Assembly: GCF_032191835.1 (NCBI RefSeq)
Contig: NC_083229.1
Coordinates: 107,074,001 to 107,138,000 of the forward strand
DNA length: 64,000 bases
Origin: Heteronotia binoei
Taxonomy: Eukaryota
Direction: 5' to 3'
Part shown: positions 60,618 to 64,000 of the stretch, piece by piece
Numbering within the stretch: the stretch's first letter is position 1
Layout of the letters: every line of letters starts with the position of its first letter
Position numbers and translations under genes: made by a program
The notes under the pieces: model-generated
Seen by the model: only the letters and a program-made list of their open reading frames with translations
Told to the model about the DNA's origin: nothing
The model's database searches: none

Positions 60618-63522
60618 ATGAACTTTGAGTTGCCTTACACTACCTCAGAAGGCGAACTACAGTATCAAGGTATATATGTTCTAGAATGCCCCCGAGAAGA
60701 AGAGTGGCAGCTTTACCAACCAGCTTCTGTAATGGCCATGTCAGAAGCCTGGTTTCAACAATTTCCAGATGTATGGGTAGAGGAAAACCCGCCTGGGTTA
60801 GCAGTAAACCATGCACCTATCAAACTAGAGTTAATCCCAGGAGCCATTCCAGTCCGGGAACGCCAGTACCCGATTCCTAAGAAGGCAGTAGCTGGCATCC
60901 AGAAGCACCTTGACAGGCTCCTCCATTATGGGATTCTTATTGAATGCCAGTCCTCATGGAACAGTCCCCTTTTGCCAGTCCAGAAGCCAGGCACCAATGA
61001 TTACAGACCGGTACAAGATTTACGCTCTGTTAATTCTTGCACACAGACTCTGCATCCTGTCGTTCCAAACCCATATGTCTTGTTGGGACTTATACCTGCC
61101 TCAACCACTTATTTCTCAGTGGTAGATCTCAAGGACGCGTTCTTTTGTTTAAGATTGGCACCTGAAAGGCTGTTTGCCTTCCAGTGGGAAGAGAAAGAGA
61201 CTGGTAGAAAGTTACAATATACATGGACCCGTTTACCCCAGGGGTTCAAAAATTTGCCCACCCTTTTTGGCAATGCCCTCAGTAAAGACTTGAGCCCGTT
61301 CCCAACTGTGCCAGGAGAAGTTGTGTTCCTGCAATACGTTGATGCTGCTGATAGGTGCCAAAGACTTACAGACTTGCCAAGATGCCACTGCTGCCCTGCT
61401 AACGCTCCTAACTGAGGCTGGGTATAAAGTGTCTCAAAAGAAAGCTCAACTATGCCAAGAGACAGTGAAATTTTTAGGCTTCCATATATCCCAGGACAGA
61501 CGGCAGGTAGGCAGGGAGCGAAAAGAGACTGTGTGTGCTATTCCTGTGCTCACTACCAGACGCAAGCTGAGAGAATTCTTAGGAGCAGCAGGGTTCTGCA
61601 GAATTTGGCTCCCCAATTTTGCTATAACGGCAAAGCCCTTATATGAAGCCACTAAGGGGGGGGGGAGAAAAAGCAATGGACAGAGCAATGTCAAAATGCC
61701 TTTGAAACATTGAAACTCTAGCTCTGGGACTACCTGATACTGACAAGCTCTTTACTCTATATGTGCATGAGCGAGAAGGAATAGCTGCAAGCGTTCTAAC
61801 TCAGTTGTTGGGACCCTGGCTCCCACCAGTAGCATATCTGTCTAAGCAACTGGACAATGTGGTCAAAGGTTGGCCTTCGTGTATGCGTGCCATATCTGCA
61901 GTGGCAGAACTTGTGAAGGGAGCCGATAAATTCACCTTCGGCGGCCAGCTTGAAGTGAGAGTGCCTCATTATGTGCAGACGCTTCTTGAGCACAAGGGGA
62001 ACTATTGGTTCACTAATGCCCACATGGTAAGATACCAAGTTCTTATGTGTGAAAATCCCTGTGTGAAAATAGTGACTGTGTCAACTCTGAACCCAGCTTC
62101 CCTGTTGCCAACTCCTGGGGAAGAATTAAAACATGACTGCCTGGAAGTTATGGAAGAGGTCTATTCTAGCTGGCCTGATCTAAAAGATACCTCATTTTCA
62201 GATCCAGATATTGAATATTTCACTGATGGGAGTAGCTTTATCCAGGATGGGAAGCGCAGAGCAGGCTATGCAGCTGATACTCTAGAAGCAGTGATAGAGG
62301 CAGAAGCGCTGCCAGTATCAACTTCAGCACAAAAAGCAGAGTTAATTGCCCTCATCAGAGCACTCCGGTTAGCAGAAGGACTGAAAGCCAATATTTACAC
62401 AGACTCTAAATATGCTTTCATGACGCTGCATGTCCATGGAGCCCTATACAAAGAAAGGGGCTTAATTACTGCAAGTGACAATGGAATTAAAAATGGGAAA
62501 GAAATTTTGGAATTGTTAGAAGCTGTCTGGGCACCCTGGCACATAGCTGTCATCCATTGCCAAGGCCATCAGAAGCCCTTAAGTCCGGTAGCAAGAGAAA
62601 ATTGGAAGTCAGATTTAACAGCTAAGGAAGCAGCACTAAGGTCTTATCAGGGAAGCACAGAAATGCTGCCTGTTTTTCAAGTTTCCTTAGCTGAATGGAG
62701 TCCTCGGTGCTCATTAGCTGAGGAGCAGTGGGTTCAAACTCAAGGGGCAGTAACCAAACGAAGAGATGGCTGGTATGTTCTTCACGATGACAGAATTTAT
62801 ATCCCAGAAGCTGTAGCATGGCCATTAATTCAGAATCTGCATGAGGAAACACATTATGGAAAGACTGCTCTTGAACACTCTGTGTGTCAGTGGGCATACA
62901 TCAACCGTGTGAGTTCACTGACAGCCCAAGCCTCTGCGCAGTGTGTTACATGTGCAAAGAACAATCCTAGGTCAGGCCCCACGCAACCTCCTGGAAGTTA
63001 GCCAGTGGGAGCAGCACCTTTCTCCTCCCTAGTTGTAGATTTCACTGAGATGCCCAAAGCTGGACATTACCGTTACATGCTTGTATTTGTATGCATCAGA
63101 TGTCTAGGTGGATTGAAGCTTACCCAACCCGCACTGAGAAAGCCAATGAAGTTATAAAAGCTGTGTTAAAAGACATCATACCGAAGTTTGGTTTACCTGT
63201 AACTATTGAAAGCGACAATGGAATGTCGTTCATTGAGAAAACTGTGCAAAGTGTGTCTACTTTGCTTGGCATTACTTGGAAATTACACGCTGTTTATCGT
63301 CCACAGAGTTCAGCAAAAGTCAAAAGGGCAAACAGAACTTTCAAGAATGCCCTGTCTAAACTCTGTCAAGAAACCCATTTGCCATGGACTACGATGTTGC
63401 CAATTGCATTATTCCAGTTGCACTGCCTGCCCCACAAACATCTTAAGCTGTCGCCGTTCGAGATTGTTTATGGAAGACTGCCCCCTATAGCTCAGGGAGT
63501 TCGGGCGACCTCTCTCAGTTAG
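60618..63522 (+). pseudogene. ERV RT-RNaseH-integrase, disrupted
   Basis: DYRPVQDLR, DLKDAFF, LPQGFKN; YVD(D) broken by a frameshift; FTDGSS, AQKAELIAL, YTDSKYAF; HHCC; stop at 63001; RPQSSAKVKR lacks the catalytic Glu. Confidence 0.9.
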
Positions 63523-64000
63523 AGAGCCTTATAACTTGGACCTCGTTATTTCTTTGCTTCAGCAGTTATGCTTAGGAATGCAACCTGCATGGGATTCTTG
63601 GTCCTTGTGGCCTTGTTGAAGCCACACAGATGAGATTTCCAGTAGACTTCCAGAGCTGTGACTCCCTGCTGGGGCTCTTAAATTAGAATTGTATGTACAG
63701 CTGCTTCTGTTGTCTCTGTGACTTTGCTTTTCACCATTCTCCTTATCACAAAGTTTTCTGTGTGTTTGAATTCCTAGTTCCTTGTATGCGGGAGCAGACT
63801 GATGCACATTTTTAGAAGCAAAATACACAATGCAGTTATATGAACACAATGTAGTTATTTGAACATAAGAACCAATGTATTCCAGTGATCACATAGATTT
63901 TTGAAAGCAATTTCCCCATGTCTGGTACTGTATTGTGATTGGCTTCGTCCAGCAGACCCAGTTGAAGACACTGAGGGTTATATTCAAGAGGTTGTGCCCT

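Larger units (their letters stand above)
59320..63522 (+). mobile_element. Decayed class I (gamma-like) endogenous retrovirus, gag-pro-pol, no 5' LTR, no recognisable env
   Basis: CA, NC, PR, RT, RH and IN motifs in order, with several frameshifts and stops. Confidence 0.92.

Noticed and set aside
63523-64000. Possible env leader after integrase (MGFLVLVALLKP)
   Set aside because: Short hydrophobic stretch closed by stops in all frames; no CXXC, furin or ISD motif visible within the window.

Overview
Vertebrate genomic DNA, most likely a gecko-type squamate (inferred from the Sauria/Squam-type SINEs, BovB, Penelope and hAT MITEs; no database search was possible). It holds four host genes reconstructed by hand from splice sites and reading frame: MCUR1 (minus strand, coding exons 1-4, continuing off the left edge), a complete RIPK1 (plus, 10 coding exons, 690 aa), a complete BPHL (plus, 7 exons, 293 aa) and a complete class II beta-tubulin (minus, 4 exons, TUBB2A-type). 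The left end is a Ty1/copia LTR element inside MCUR1 intron 4: its open Gag-PR-IN frame runs almost into the PPT/3' LTR, it has no RT/RNaseH, and the integrase catalytic Glu is deleted. The right end is a decayed, 5'-truncated class I (gamma-like) ERV. Between them lie two solo LTRs, L2/L1/CR1/BovB fragments, many hAT MITEs with 8-bp TSDs, and about ten Penelope remnants, one with an intact minimal hammerhead ribozyme core. The most notable leads are the RT-less copia, the hammerhead, an inverted SINE pair bracketing the in-frame RHIM exon of RIPK1, RIPK1 substitutions at the mammalian S161 and S25 sites, a kB/TATA/ISRE cluster at the RIPK1 promoter, and an MCUR1-RIPK1 head-to-head adjacency not seen in human. 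Human residue numbers and gene order are recalled knowledge and should be verified.
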